From contig JAVZJD010000002.1 of NCBI GenBank assembly GCA_038870975.1, forward strand, positions 480,001 to 544,000: a DNA stretch of 64,000 nucleotides, given 5' to 3'. Shown here one piece after another: positions 10,336 to 20,465 of this stretch (within the stretch, counting starts at the first letter, position 1; each line of letters starts with the position of its first letter). The notes under the pieces are model-generated. The model saw only the letters and a program-made list of their open reading frames with translations, had not been told where the DNA came from and did not search any database. A program made the translations under genes and the position numbers. The stretch is from Candidatus Bathyarchaeia archaeon (lineage in GTDB: Archaea; Thermoproteota; CALKCG01; B24).

Positions 10336-11352
10336 TTAAACCATTATTGGATTCAACCAGGCTTTTCTGCCTTTTGAATCGGTTAACTCAACTCTGAAGT
10401 ACTTCTTTAAACTGTATTTTTCAAGCTTTAAAGCGGTTAAACCGCCTTTAGTCTTCTCTAAGGCTAATTTAAAGTTGCCTACGTTTAAATACGCACTTTC
10501 AACACCGTTTTCAATGTTGAATTCGACTTCGAAGCCTTCCATTGTTCTCTTACCCTCACTCGTGGAGAAAATCTTCCTGAAGTATTCATAAGTTTCTAGC
10601 GATATGGATAAGCCTACGCCGTTCTCAGAGACTACATCTATCCTATTTACGGGTGTGAACCTTGCTTCAATTACGCCAGGTTTGTAGGAGAACTCTTCAA
10701 CTATAGGTCCCATTGAAGAGTAGAATAACCCTCTCTCCAAACTGTGGAGTATACTCTCAGCAGAGGGGGAGTCGGTTTTAACGTGAATCCAACCACCGAG
10801 AGCATCTATGGGAGGTGTTAAATACCGATGGGCATCATCAACGGCTAAACCGTATATAGGCTTACCAGTCACTAAGACGCCATCCCAATGAACCATTGAA
10901 AAACCCTTAGCGCATTCAACATCACAGCCAGTATTATAGACTTCAATACCTAAGTAATTCTTCAGAGTTATTAGATCTTCCACTGTTAGGCTTGACCAGT
11001 AGGGGTGAGCTATGAAGGCTAAGCCGTCGCTTTCAAGCGTAAAATCCAGAAGCTCCCCTATAGAGTTTCTAAGCTTCTGAACATACTCTACGTCTTCAAC
11101 GTTGAGAAGTACCACATGATAGTCGTAGTTTAAACGTGTACCTTTAACGCTCGTCTCAAAGCCAGGTATTGTCACAAGTTTATTCGTTGAAAACTTAGTC
11201 AACTTCTCATGGTCTGTTATAGATAGAAGACCATAGCCGTTTGCATAGTATAAATCCGCCACCTGCTCAGCCGTAAGCCTTCCATCAGAATTCGTTGAAT
11301 GCGTATGCAAGTTACCTTTAACCCACAATCCACTCCTGATGGAGAAGCCCAT
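10336..11352 (-). CDS. PHP-domain metallohydrolase (CehA/McbA-like)
   Basis: KGNLHTHSTNSDG, ITDHE, IAHPYW, IEVYN and DDAH motifs. Confidence 0.8.
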   Translation of the reverse strand: MGFSIRSGLWVKGNLHTHSTNSDGRLTAEQVADLYYANGYGLLSITDHEKLTKFSTNKLVTIPGFETSVKGTRLNYDYHVVLLNVEDVEYVQKLRNSIGELLDFTLESDGLAFIAHPYWSSLTVEDLITLKNYLGIEVYNTGCDVECAKGFSMVHWDGVLVTGKPIYGLAVDDAHRYLTPPIDALGGWIHVKTDSPSAESILHSLERGLFYSSMGPIVEEFSYKPGVIEARFTPVNRIDVVSENGVGLSISLETYEYFRKIFSTSEGKRTMEGFEVEFNIENGVESAYLNVGNFKLALEKTKGGLTALKLEKYSLKKYFRVELTDSKGRKAWLNPIMV

Positions 11353-11437
11353 GAGAACCTCTAACTACATTAGAAGGCGAATATTTAACGATATCTGTAT
11401 TGAAGCTTTTGCAAAAACGGGGAAAAATGCAAAATGA

Positions 11438-13402
11438 CTAAAGGACCACTTTAAACTTTCGTCTAATAGTCTTTTCAAAACCATTCTTCACGATTTTAAC
11501 AACTATTTCTCCATTGCGCGTAGGATACGTATATGTTGAGAAATATCCGTCATGCACTTCAACGGGTTTACCGTTGACTTCAACGTAAGACCCGTTTTCA
11601 CATACACCCTTAACTATCACCATGATGGGGCCGCTTACGAGAGTCCTCCACTCAGGAGGCTCTGTTAAAACTAATGCTAGAGGTCTACTTTTAATTTCTA
11701 CAATTTCATCAACTATTTGCCTTCTGACCTCCATTAGAGTATCAGGGTCTCTAACGTATCCAGTTATGCTTGGCACTGCTCTCATACATATTTCTAAAGC
11801 CCTCCTCTCAAAAGGCTCTTTTAGAGCTCTTTCCCCTAGTGTCTCCTTAACCTTTAAAATCTCCTCCTCTAGAAGCTTAAGATACTCATAGTCTTCAAGT
11901 CCATCCCTCATAGCTTCAAGTCTTAAACTAGAAAGAGGCCCATTTCTCCCAGGATAGGCTATGTGCGTATCCCCAGGTGGTAGATTTGGATTTAATTCGC
12001 CAAATGGATCTCTACCCCACCAGTTGAAACCCCAGTGCAAATACCCTTTAAGACCGTAGGCGTAATTCAGCCAGTGGAGTACCCTAGTTTTAAGTAGAGA
12101 AAAGTCGAGAAATCTATTTGGGTATCTACCTGTAGGGTTGCAACAGGTGTAGAACCAGACTTCATATTCATCCATCGCTTTGATGTACTCATCCATCCAG
12201 TCGTTGAAGTGATGCAATGTTGGAACCCAAACCTCTAGAGACCCGTTGAATCCCACGGTTTCAACGGCATCTATCCTCTTAATCCTGGGTGCATGTTTAT
12301 GGATAAACTCAGAAGCCTTTATCCAGTTTTCAAGGCCATCTTCAGTAGGCTCATCGGCTATATGTATCATAGCCATGTCAAGCCAACCCTTCTCCTCTAA
12401 ATGCCTCTCAAGAGCTGGAAGTAACAACGGAAGGATCTTCTCCCCGCTCTCACGCTTTACAACGCCATTGGGATGGATTGTATCAAACTCTCTGAAGAGC
12501 AGTTCCTTTGCACCCCAAGTCTTAAAGTGGGCTACATGAGTTATTTCAATCCTATCCGTCTTATACTTAAGCAGAAGCTCAACATATCTATCGAAAATTG
12601 AGAAGTCGAACTTATAACTATCATTCTCCACGAGTATTTTAACCGTATCTATAGGTATCCAGAAGACGTTTTGTCTATGCTCAGCCATAAGTGCTATCCA
12701 CTTCTCGAAAACACTCCAGAATCCCTCAGACCACAGTTCAACACCGTAAAATGACGCTATATTCTCTAGTGAAAACCAGTTTGTCACGTAGAGGCTTCTA
12801 CGGTCTGGCAAAGTTATAGGGTAAACGTGTAGAACAACTTCAAGAGAAGCCTCCCCTTCATCAGATGAAATCGTAATTCTACCTGTGTAATCTCCAGGCT
12901 CAACATCTCCAGGCACGTACACTAGAAAATAGCATGGCTGCGTTTCACCGCTTTTAACGTTTACAGTTTCTACGTCGAGTAATGGGTCTGGTGCGTAGAA
13001 GGGGGCTATCCTCTCAAGTTCTTCAGCTGGCGTATTGGGAGTATTCTTTGAAACAGAGATAGACCCTACAAAGTACAGTTGAATATTCTGCTTAGATAAC
13101 CTGTAGCTTCCACAGGTTAAATCTGACGCTTCAAGTCTAACATTGTGAACATCTCGATTTGCATAGATACCGAACATACATCCTTCGTATTCATTCCTAG
13201 CGCAACCAATCTCCATACGTTTACCCACAAACCATTCCTCAGGGACTGTATCCTTATATATCCTCTCGAGAGGCTTGGCAGACCAGACTGAGAAAGGCTT
13301 TTTCATAGATGTTTGAAGTTTAACTAGACCAACGTACCCAGCAATAGAGCCTATAATGACCACCAAGATTAAAATTAATGCATTCCTAGCTTTTAAAAAC
13401 AT
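11438..13402 (-). CDS. Membrane-anchored DUF4091/GH123-like glycoside hydrolase
   Basis: N-terminal TM segment; ARNEYE, IADEP (DE pair), WFYTCC, GYLHWG, PPGD...YPG and SLRLEAMRDGLEDYEYL; C-terminal Ig-like beta domain. Confidence 0.75.
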   Translation of the reverse strand: MFLKARNALILILVVIIGSIAGYVGLVKLQTSMKKPFSVWSAKPLERIYKDTVPEEWFVGKRMEIGCARNEYEGCMFGIYANRDVHNVRLEASDLTCGSYRLSKQNIQLYFVGSISVSKNTPNTPAEELERIAPFYAPDPLLDVETVNVKSGETQPCYFLVYVPGDVEPGDYTGRITISSDEGEASLEVVLHVYPITLPDRRSLYVTNWFSLENIASFYGVELWSEGFWSVFEKWIALMAEHRQNVFWIPIDTVKILVENDSYKFDFSIFDRYVELLLKYKTDRIEITHVAHFKTWGAKELLFREFDTIHPNGVVKRESGEKILPLLLPALERHLEEKGWLDMAMIHIADEPTEDGLENWIKASEFIHKHAPRIKRIDAVETVGFNGSLEVWVPTLHHFNDWMDEYIKAMDEYEVWFYTCCNPTGRYPNRFLDFSLLKTRVLHWLNYAYGLKGYLHWGFNWWGRDPFGELNPNLPPGDTHIAYPGRNGPLSSLRLEAMRDGLEDYEYLKLLEEEILKVKETLGERALKEPFERRALEICMRAVPSITGYVRDPDTLMEVRRQIVDEIVEIKSRPLALVLTEPPEWRTLVSGPIMVIVKGVCENGSYVEVNGKPVEVHDGYFSTYTYPTRNGEIVVKIVKNGFEKTIRRKFKVVL

Positions 13403-13440
13403 CCCTGTAAAGACTATTCGTTGAAGTCGGTTTTTAACGA

Positions 13441-13743
13441 TTACTGTTTCAAAGAAGACTGTTTTCGCGGCTTAACGTAGAGGATTAAAGATAGACAAAC
13501 GACCATAATAGTGAACCATAAAGCTAAATCTAAGTAGAGAGCTGTAAGGTTGACTCTCCATACGTCGACTGGTCCGTGGATGGTATTTAGTACATGAGTC
13601 CCCCAAACTAGCGGATAGCCGTAGTCTATATGGACATAATCAGGCCAATTGTACTCAGCACTCGAAGTTAAGGCTGAAGTTACGAATATGCTCCATAAAA
13701 TTGAAAATATTATTGCTAAAGTATTCCTTGACATATGCATAAA
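13441..13743 (-). CDS. Small hypothetical membrane protein (start uncertain)
   Basis: Two TM helices flanking YGYPLVWG; the upstream part of the track ORF overlaps the neighbouring gene. Confidence 0.5.
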   Translation of the reverse strand, partial: FMHMSRNTLAIIFSILWSIFVTSALTSSAEYNWPDYVHIDYGYPLVWGTHVLNTIHGPVDVWRVNLTALYLDLALWFTIMVVCLSLILYVKPRKQSSLKQ

Positions 13744-13778
13744 CCAAGAGCGGGATAATATAAGGCTTATGACGAAAG

Positions 13779-14633
13779 TCATCTGTACACAACGATGAGC
13801 GGGTCTAAGATGTAGTAGCAAGCCATGAGCGAAAACACGTATATTACAGTGTACACTAGAATTCTCATCTTTCTATTTAAAGTTGTCTTTGAAAGCTTCA
13901 ACTTCAAGCATGGTATTATAAATGGTACTCTACTCTTGTATTCTAAATATTCTCTGCCGAAAGTTTTTTCTAATTCGACTTCCTCATACTCAGCCAGAAG
14001 CAGGTACGAATAGCATAGTGTAAGCCACATGAAGTAATTTATGAGACGCCATCCTGAAACCGCAAAGCCAAGTGTCCATAGGAATATTCCCAAGTACTGC
14101 GGATGTCTTACAATGCCATATAGACCTTTTGTCAGTAGCACTCCTTTTCTTCTAGTATGCGATAGTAACTGATATAGACTCAGACTGTAAATAAGCATGC
14201 CTATGGTGATAAATATATAGCCTAGCAACTCTACGGTTAAGCATATTTTTTCATCTTGAAGACGGATAATGCCGTTTATCGCCCTACTGACGAAGTCGAA
14301 CTCCGTTAATATCAGCCAAGGAGTGTAGAAAACGCCTATAATCGAGAAGAATAGGATGAACATAGGCATTAAAGTGTTAAAGAGTACCGGAAGATAGAAG
14401 ACCCATCCTATTAAAGTAACAGACTTTGAAACTTTAAACTCTAGGAAAAGTGTTAATAGTGCTGAAACAGTGGCTACAAGTCCCAGATACACTAAGAACC
14501 AAGCGTCTTCTCTGAAAAACACCATGTATGTTTCTGACGGCGGTAGACTAAACCCGAATCTAGAAGTCCAAGTATACACCATAAAGGCTATCACGAAAAG
14601 TATGACTATTAACTCGTATCTTTTAGACGGCAA
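13779..14633 (-). CDS. Isoprenylcysteine carboxyl methyltransferase/PEMT family membrane protein
   Basis: LLTKGLYGIVRHPQYLG and EEVELEKTFGREYLEYKSRVPFIIP signature motifs. Confidence 0.8.
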   Translation of the reverse strand: MPSKRYELIVILFVIAFMVYTWTSRFGFSLPPSETYMVFFREDAWFLVYLGLVATVSALLTLFLEFKVSKSVTLIGWVFYLPVLFNTLMPMFILFFSIIGVFYTPWLILTEFDFVSRAINGIIRLQDEKICLTVELLGYIFITIGMLIYSLSLYQLLSHTRRKGVLLTKGLYGIVRHPQYLGIFLWTLGFAVSGWRLINYFMWLTLCYSYLLLAEYEEVELEKTFGREYLEYKSRVPFIIPCLKLKLSKTTLNRKMRILVYTVIYVFSLMACYYILDPLIVVYR

Positions 14634-14847
14634 TTACATCGGAGGAAGAAGAGCATGTAAAATATAAATACGTTTCTACCTTTTTTCATCCAACTCATTG
14701 TGAGAACCAAACGTCAATATATGAATGATTAGGATTTAACTTTCAAAAACCTTCTATCCGTCAGAAGTCTGTTAAAAAAAGGAATGTTATAAATGGGGTT
14801 GAATTCAACGTTAAAACATCAATCGCTGACGATTATTTTCCATTGTT

Positions 14848-15477
14848 CTACTTATCACCTTTTGGCTTCAAATAGATCTTGCTACCTATGATAGAATTAT
14901 TAGGTATTAGTACTCGTACACCATCAGCCTTTATAACGCTTGTAAACAATGTTGCAATATCATCAACAATACCATCTTCCCCAGCTAAGGTAACAGGATC
15001 ACCGATTTTAAACGGTCTCGCTACCAATAGGAACAAACCCGCAATAGCTTGCCCCAACACCTGCTGGCATGCAAAACCTATAACCATACCTAGGAAACCT
15101 CCCAAAGCAACACCTGCAACACCTCCAGCTACACCGCCAGCTATAGCTGCGACAAGGGCGCCAATACCTATTATCCTAACAACGTTTCTAATCGCAGCAG
15201 CCGTAGCATGATCGTATTTTGCTTTCATAGACCAGTAGAAGAACATTGCCACACCGCTAACGATCAAGTATCCAAATGCTACGGCAAGCAATATTTGTAC
15301 GTATGCGATATAATCTATGAGAGGAGGCAAAAGACTGGTGAAAATCCATTGAACAATTGCCGCAATAATGACATACAAAACTATGTAGAAGACTATTCTC
15401 ACCATTGTAGCCGAAGTCTTCTTAGCGATTTCCTCTTTTCTTAATTCTTCTTGTTTCATTGATTGAACTATTGTCAT
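14848..15477 (-). CDS. Small-conductance mechanosensitive channel (MscS family, short form)
   Basis: GFACQQVLGQAIAGLFLLVARPFKIGD and IPNNSI; three TM helices. Confidence 0.85.
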   Translation of the reverse strand: MTIVQSMKQEELRKEEIAKKTSATMVRIVFYIVLYVIIAAIVQWIFTSLLPPLIDYIAYVQILLAVAFGYLIVSGVAMFFYWSMKAKYDHATAAAIRNVVRIIGIGALVAAIAGGVAGGVAGVALGGFLGMVIGFACQQVLGQAIAGLFLLVARPFKIGDPVTLAGEDGIVDDIATLFTSVIKADGVRVLIPNNSIIGSKIYLKPKGDK

Positions 15478-15631
15478 ATTCTCACTGCTTTAATATTATT
15501 TCTACGATGAACTAAAAGTTTTTCTATAAAACTAGTCCTCTTTTTCATTAATTTTGAAGTTAAAAACATTTTGATTTTCATTCTATATCAGAGATAAAAT
15601 TTATCAACCACTTCATTTGACTGATTCATGT

Positions 15632-15706
15632 GGGCCGGTAGTTCAGCCTGGTATGAATACCTGGCTCGCACCCGGGTGGTCGCGGGTTCAAATCCCGCCC
15701 GGTCCA
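15632..15706 (+). tRNA. tRNA-Ala(CGC), intron-less, CCA not encoded
   Basis: Cloverleaf with acceptor GGGCCGG/CCGGTCC carrying the G3:U70 alanine determinant, anticodon arm CCTGG-CT-CGC-AC-CCGGG and T arm GCGGG-TTCAAAT-CCCGC. Confidence 0.96.
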
Positions 15707-16265
15707 CTTAATTTTTAAGCGGACCCTTAAACAAAGGAATATCATTTATCCTTTAATTGATGAGCGTTGAGGGCCAAGTCCACTTATTTGCTTGAGGATG
15801 AGAGATGCCCAGTGCTAATTCGATAATCTGGTGGCTAAGTCTTATTTGATGGCCACTGTTTCGCGAATTGAAAACAGCATGATGTGAGCTTACATTTAGA
15901 AATTTAAAGCGATTACAGAGATATTAAGAAACAGTAAATCACATTAAAAAAGGGATGATTGCTTTCCGTTATAAGTTAATGAGCCTTAAAGCCCATATCA
16001 TGCTCATCGATCCAGAAATTGAAGAGTCGACTAGCCACTGGGTCATAGTATAGAATTACCCATCCAATACTGCGCATTGCTCACAACGTTACAAATTTCC
16101 GTATAGACTCTATCAGTACATTTCTCTACTTTCAGCAATGCTTTGAGTAGAACCTTCAAGTCGCTTGGATCTTTTGACAAGTAGTTACTTCAAAAGCGAC
16201 GCCATCGTAAAGCTTTCTTAATTATTTAATTGCATACCGCCTGGTCCGCTTAAGTTAAAAGTGGA
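15695..16265 (+). repeat. Imperfect direct repeat of the tRNA 3' end and flank (15695-15723 vs 16237-16265), att-like
   Basis: CCGCCCGGTCCACTTAATTTTTAAGCGGA vs CCGCCTGGTCCGCTTAAGTTAAAAGTGGA, 23/29 identical by hand alignment. Confidence 0.55.
16040..16190 (-). pseudogene. Fragment resembling a DPS-like/ferritin-like protein C-terminal half
   Basis: YLSKDPSDLKVLLKALLKVEKCTDRVYTEICN resembles the DPSL segment YLP..P...ILKVLLEAERCA..VYTEICN as I recall it; no intact start. Confidence 0.45.
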
Positions 16266-16404
16266 GGATTTTAACTTCAATGTAAGGAGTAGAAAATAAA
16301 AATTTACATGGAAAATATTGGAGAAAATATTATAAAATTAGAATTTCAAAGTTTTTCTATTTTGAAACGACTTTCCCATTCGTGTTCTATATAAATATAA
16401 TAGA

Positions 16405-17169
16405 ATGATTATAAGTACGATGGCATACAAATCCGAGATATCAGTAATAGGGCAGATAGAGACCGGTATTGAAGGCTTAGACCTCCTCCTTAAAGGCGGA
16501 TTCATAAAAGGGACTACAGCACTCCTCATAGGACCCGTGGGTACTTTAAAGCCACATATTGGTTTTCAATTTCTTCATACAGGGTTAAAATCCGGAGAAA
16601 GGTGCTTCTGTCTAAGTACTACTCAGGATCTAAAAATTAGAAGCATGCAGTTTAAGATAAACTACGGCTGGGATTTAGAAGGCTATGTGAAAAATGGGAA
16701 GCTGGACTTCCTGTACTTTTCGCCGATTGCAGTTCAGAGTTCAACCTACAAGTTTGTAGTGAGCGAATCAGGCGGGAGTGATATAATCAGGGAGGTCCTC
16801 CATAGGATAACGGGAGACGTCACTAGAATATTGATTCACACTCTATCTCAACTGTTTAAAATAATAGGCGATGAAAAGTTAGTGCTAAGCCTAGTTTACA
16901 GGTTGAAAGAACTAGTTAGGAAGAACAACGCAGTAGCAATTTTCACAATCGACAGTGGCATTCAAAACAGTAGTGTAGAAGAAGAAGTTAAGTCGATATG
17001 TGACTATGTTCTAGAAACTAGGGAATATCAAAGTAGAGTAGAGATACGACTGTTAAAATCACTGACAAGACACGATTTAGAGTGGCGAAGAGTATACACC
17101 ATGGAGGACGGAGTATACGTTCAGCAAAACTTGAAGACCCCAGTCCACTACATTAACAATTTAGACTGA
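16405..17169 (+). CDS. KaiC/RAD55-like RecA-superfamily protein with degenerate Walker motifs
   Basis: IETGIEGLDLLLKGGF N-terminus, GPVGTLKP at the Walker A position, ICDYVLE and a C-terminal hairpin. Confidence 0.75.
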   Translation: MIISTMAYKSEISVIGQIETGIEGLDLLLKGGFIKGTTALLIGPVGTLKPHIGFQFLHTGLKSGERCFCLSTTQDLKIRSMQFKINYGWDLEGYVKNGKLDFLYFSPIAVQSSTYKFVVSESGGSDIIREVLHRITGDVTRILIHTLSQLFKIIGDEKLVLSLVYRLKELVRKNNAVAIFTIDSGIQNSSVEEEVKSICDYVLETREYQSRVEIRLLKSLTRHDLEWRRVYTMEDGVYVQQNLKTPVHYINNLD

Positions 17170-17327
17170 TGTCTATCTCTATTTATTTTTGTCAAGGCTG
17201 AAAATGGCTGGATTAGACATGTTAAACGATCTAACCTAATCGCTTTGCAAGGCAATTCTTTTATCCATTGTTTACAGCCAGCCATTGTATACGTGACCAT
17301 TGTGAGAAGATATTTACTATAGTACCA

Positions 17328-17494
17328 GCCCCTCGTAGAACATGCTTCCAAATTAAAACTGTAGGCAATTCAACGGGTTGTTCGTGGAGTTTAACTTTTC
17401 CAATTTCAAAAACACTATGTGCTTTTCCAAACTTAACAAGTAATTCCATAATCACCAAACTCTATTTAGGAAAATGCGAAAAACTTTTATCGGA
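17328..17494 (-). pseudogene. Diverged duplicate of the mtrH 5' end and promoter (direct repeat of 22949-23117)
   Basis: Identical blocks AATTAAAACTGTAGGCAATTC, TTTAACTTTTCCAATTTCAAAAA and AAAAACTTTTATCGGA. Translates as KFGKAHSVFEIGKVK...QPVELPTVLI with indels. Confidence 0.85.
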
Positions 17495-17664
17495 AGATTT
17501 CCATTCCTCTTCATTTGAATTCTAGAAGACCACCTTGCTTCCTCCATCGGTATTAATACAGTCGAGTATAAGCTCTACAAAGCGTGCAATGCTTAGACTC
17601 CTGCTATCCGCCTCAGCCTTAAGCTTTTAAAATTTCACATTTTTCGATTTTCAACACGCTTTTT

Positions 17665-18054
17665 TTAAGCTTTTATCTTTTTCAGCTCCTTTACCGTTTG
17701 ATTTATGCATTCTTCGAATCCCCTCCCAGCCAAGTGGAAGCCGCCTAAAACCGCGTAAACTGCTTCTACGCGTGTAAGTTGCTACGCGTAAAGTATTGTG
17801 TTTACTACGCCACGTGGACTACTTCCTAACATTGAACAATATGCTGTGAGCCGCGCCTCTGTCAAAGACGCGAACAAGCATTGAGAAGCATGTTCAGCAA
17901 TAGGGTAGTGGAAAGCCTTCTCTACTCAATCTCTGAAGTCTTTAACCTTCTTACTTGAAGAAGTTGATAAGAGGTCTATGGAATTATCCATGAGACTGAT
18001 TATCTCTACTCTTTCAGCCTCTCTAAGCTTTAAAAACTGATTATTTCCTTTCAT
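17665..18054 (-). pseudogene. MBL-fold metallo-hydrolase pseudogene with internal deletion
   Basis: MKGNNQFLKLREAERVEIISLMDN...PIAEH, frameshift, SMLVRVFD...SPRGVVN fused to TILYA*QLTRVEAVYAVLGGFHLAG. The HxHxDH core is missing and TGA/TAG stops are in frame. Confidence 0.7.
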
Positions 18055-18066
18055 AGAAGATATTCT

Positions 18067-18666
18067 TTACAGTGTTCCCCTATAATAGATTGTTGCTGGA
18101 CAGCCGACGCACTTCCCGTCAACGTATCTTGCACATGGCTTACAGTCGACCTTACACGGTGCGATACTCCCCCTTCTACTGGCGAGACATTCTCTCACCA
18201 GGAGGAATTGTGAAAAGTATATATTGCTCACTGGGTAAAATTCCGACCTTCTCACACCAGCACCACTTCTGATAGAGCATTTCTCAATAGAGATGCTTTC
18301 AAGAGTATTCTGATCCTCAGCGACAACAATGGCTATCAAATTATATCCGCCTAAAGTCTTAAATATTTGGACAACTCTCGGACAATATCTAAATCTGTCG
18401 AGAAGATTTTGCATCGCCTCAGCACTCTCCATCTCAAGTAGAACTATTGCTGTGAAAAGTCTGAAATAGAAGGGGTTTATTAGCGCCAATACTCTAATAG
18501 CATCTTGCTCAATAAGCTTCTGAAGCCTCTTCCTAACCCCCATACTAGTATATTCTGTGACCTCTGCAAGCTCTCCTAATGTTGCTCTCCCATTCAATTG
18601 AAGCTTTGAAATAATCTTCCTATCGATATCATCCAAGGCTTCCACCTCAGTTTTATTTCTAAACAT
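18067..18666 (-). CDS. Lrp/AsnC-family transcriptional regulator with a Cys-rich C-terminal extension
   Basis: LDDIDRKIISKLQLNGR HTH and an AsnC-like domain; tail CKVDCKPCARYVDGKCVGCP. Confidence 0.85.
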   Translation of the reverse strand: MFRNKTEVEALDDIDRKIISKLQLNGRATLGELAEVTEYTSMGVRKRLQKLIEQDAIRVLALINPFYFRLFTAIVLLEMESAEAMQNLLDRFRYCPRVVQIFKTLGGYNLIAIVVAEDQNTLESISIEKCSIRSGAGVRRSEFYPVSNIYFSQFLLVRECLASRRGSIAPCKVDCKPCARYVDGKCVGCPATIYYRGTL

Positions 18667-18686
18667 AAACTATTTAAATAGCTTAT
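18665..18686. promoter_or_regulatory. Palindromic operator in the 50-bp divergent promoter between the Lrp regulator and mrp
   Basis: ATAAACTATTTAAATAGCTTAT has a perfect 12-bp core CTATTTAAATAG (18670-18681) and one mismatched pair over 22 bp. Confidence 0.55.
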
Positions 18687-18716
18687 ATATTAAACTTTTC
18701 AACAGGCAGTTGTGAT

Positions 18717-19562
18717 ATGAACAACGAAGTAGAGACAGCAGATAAAGAGAGGACACAGATTGAAGAGCAGGAGCAAATATTAAAGTTTAGAATGGGGAAG
18801 ATAAAACATAAAATTGCCGTCATAAGCGGTAAGGGTGGTGTTGGTAAGAGCATGGTTACTGTAAACCTTGCAGTTGCATTTGCAATACGTGGACACATCG
18901 ATAAAGTTGGAATTCTAGATGCTGATATTCACGGTCCAAGCATACCGAAAATGCTGGGGTTAAGCGGTCAAAGACTTCAAGCCGGGCCACCAGGAGTTTT
19001 CCCAGCTACCAGCCCCCTGGGGATTAAGGTTGTTTCAATGGGTTTTCTCCTACCAGATGAAAATACTCCCATCATCTGGCGTGGGCCACTAAAGATGACG
19101 GCTATACGACAATTCCTATCAGATGTTGTTTGGGGTGAACTCGACTTACTGCTGATAGATTTACCACCTGGAACTGGCGATGAGTCTCTGAGCGTAGCAC
19201 AACTACTGCCAGAGATGGATGGGGTTGTAATCGTCACAATTCCATCTGAGGTTTCTCAGATAGTTGTTAAAAAGGCAGTTAATTTCGCTAAAAAGCTTGG
19301 CCTGCCAGTTATAGGTGTAATTGAAAACATGAGCGGCTTTATATGTCCAAACTGCGGAGCGAAGATTGACATATTCCGGTCTGGCGGTGGAAAGAAAATA
19401 GCTGAGGAAATGGATGTGCCATTCCTTGGAAGCATACCGGTAGACCAAGAGATATGTGAATCCTCCGATAAAGGCATACCATTCATAGCTGAGCATAAGG
19501 ATTCACCAGCATCAAAAGCCTTCATGGAGATTGTCCAGAGAATCGAGCAAATACTAGAGTAG
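18717..19562 (+). CDS. Mrp/NBP35 (ApbC) Fe-S cluster carrier ATPase
   Basis: [31 protein letters not shown] and [11 protein letters not shown]. Confidence 0.93.
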   Translation: MNNEVETADKERTQIEEQEQILKFRMGKIKHKIAVISGKGGVGKSMVTVNLAVAFAIRGHIDKVGILDADIHGPSIPKMLGLSGQRLQAGPPGVFPATSPLGIKVVSMGFLLPDENTPIIWRGPLKMTAIRQFLSDVVWGELDLLLIDLPPGTGDESLSVAQLLPEMDGVVIVTIPSEVSQIVVKKAVNFAKKLGLPVIGVIENMSGFICPNCGAKIDIFRSGGGKKIAEEMDVPFLGSIPVDQEICESSDKGIPFIAEHKDSPASKAFMEIVQRIEQILE

Positions 19563-19685
19563 AGCGAGGTTTGCGAAATCCTAGGTGGAGGTGTAGTCTA
19601 AGATGGAGATGTTAGTTGAAAAATATATGAAAATTGGAAACTTACGTGTAAAAATCAAGTTTATAGTTATAAGGGAGGTGTAAGA

Positions 19686-20060
19686 TTGGTGGAGAGAATA
19701 ATCATACCTACTGAAGATGGAAGTGGGCTTAATGCCAGATTATCTGAACATTTCGGAAGAGCACCATACTTCATCGTAGTTGATCTAGATGAGGATAATA
19801 ACATTTTGAACGTTCAAGCAGTGCTAAACACGGGTGAGCACTTCGGTGGAATAGGTCGACCAGCCGATAACATACTGCGGCTTAGACCTAACGCTGTAAT
19901 CACCTATGGTATGGGTCCACGAGCACTAAGTATATTCCAGAACGCTAGAGTTGCTGTGCTGAAGGCTAATGCGAATACTCTCAGGGATGTTATTGAAGCA
20001 TATAAGCAGGGTGTTCTTAAGGAACTCACGGAAGGCTGTCGCTACACCCGCCACAGATAA
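19686..20060 (+). CDS. NifB/NifX family (Orange-protein-like) cluster-binding protein
   Basis: LSEHFGRAPYF and GMGPRA motifs. Confidence 0.85.
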   Translation: MVERIIIPTEDGSGLNARLSEHFGRAPYFIVVDLDEDNNILNVQAVLNTGEHFGGIGRPADNILRLRPNAVITYGMGPRALSIFQNARVAVLKANANTLRDVIEAYKQGVLKELTEGCRYTRHR

Positions 20061-20129
20061 ACAATTACAGGTTAACAGCGGTATAATGTAAACTCTTTAG
20101 TCAAGAAGAATGGACGTGAAGCCTCCTCT

Positions 20130-20423
20130 ATGATATCATTAATTGCTAGTGGTAAAGGCGGAACTGGGAAGACCTCACTCGTAGCTAACATAACCATTTC
20201 AGTAAGAGATGACATTCAGATACTGGATTGCGATGTCGAAGAGTCAAACATACATTTACTTCTACATCCTAAAATAGTCAGCGAGAAAACAGTTTACAAT
20301 ACAATCACCTTTGATCTAAATGTTACTGAGGCGATAGTTAATGGAAAAACGATCATAGAATATTCTCCGGAAACTGATGCCTTAAAGGAAATAGAAAGAG
20401 TATGGGAAGGATTCTCAGCATAA
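20130..20423 (+). pseudogene. Internally deleted MinD-type P-loop ATPase of the 4Fe-4S-insert family
   Basis: IASGKGGTGKT...LDCDVEESNIHLLL joined directly to the C-terminal FDLNVTEAIVNGKTIIEYSP; the ferredoxin and central domains are missing (97 aa). Confidence 0.7.
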
Positions 20424-20465
20424 TTGGACTTCCTAGAAATAAAAGTTGCTGAGGGGAAACAGTAA

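Noticed and set aside
15755-15850. Possible C/D box sRNA (TGATGA after the tRNA)
   Set aside because: No properly spaced CTGA D box.
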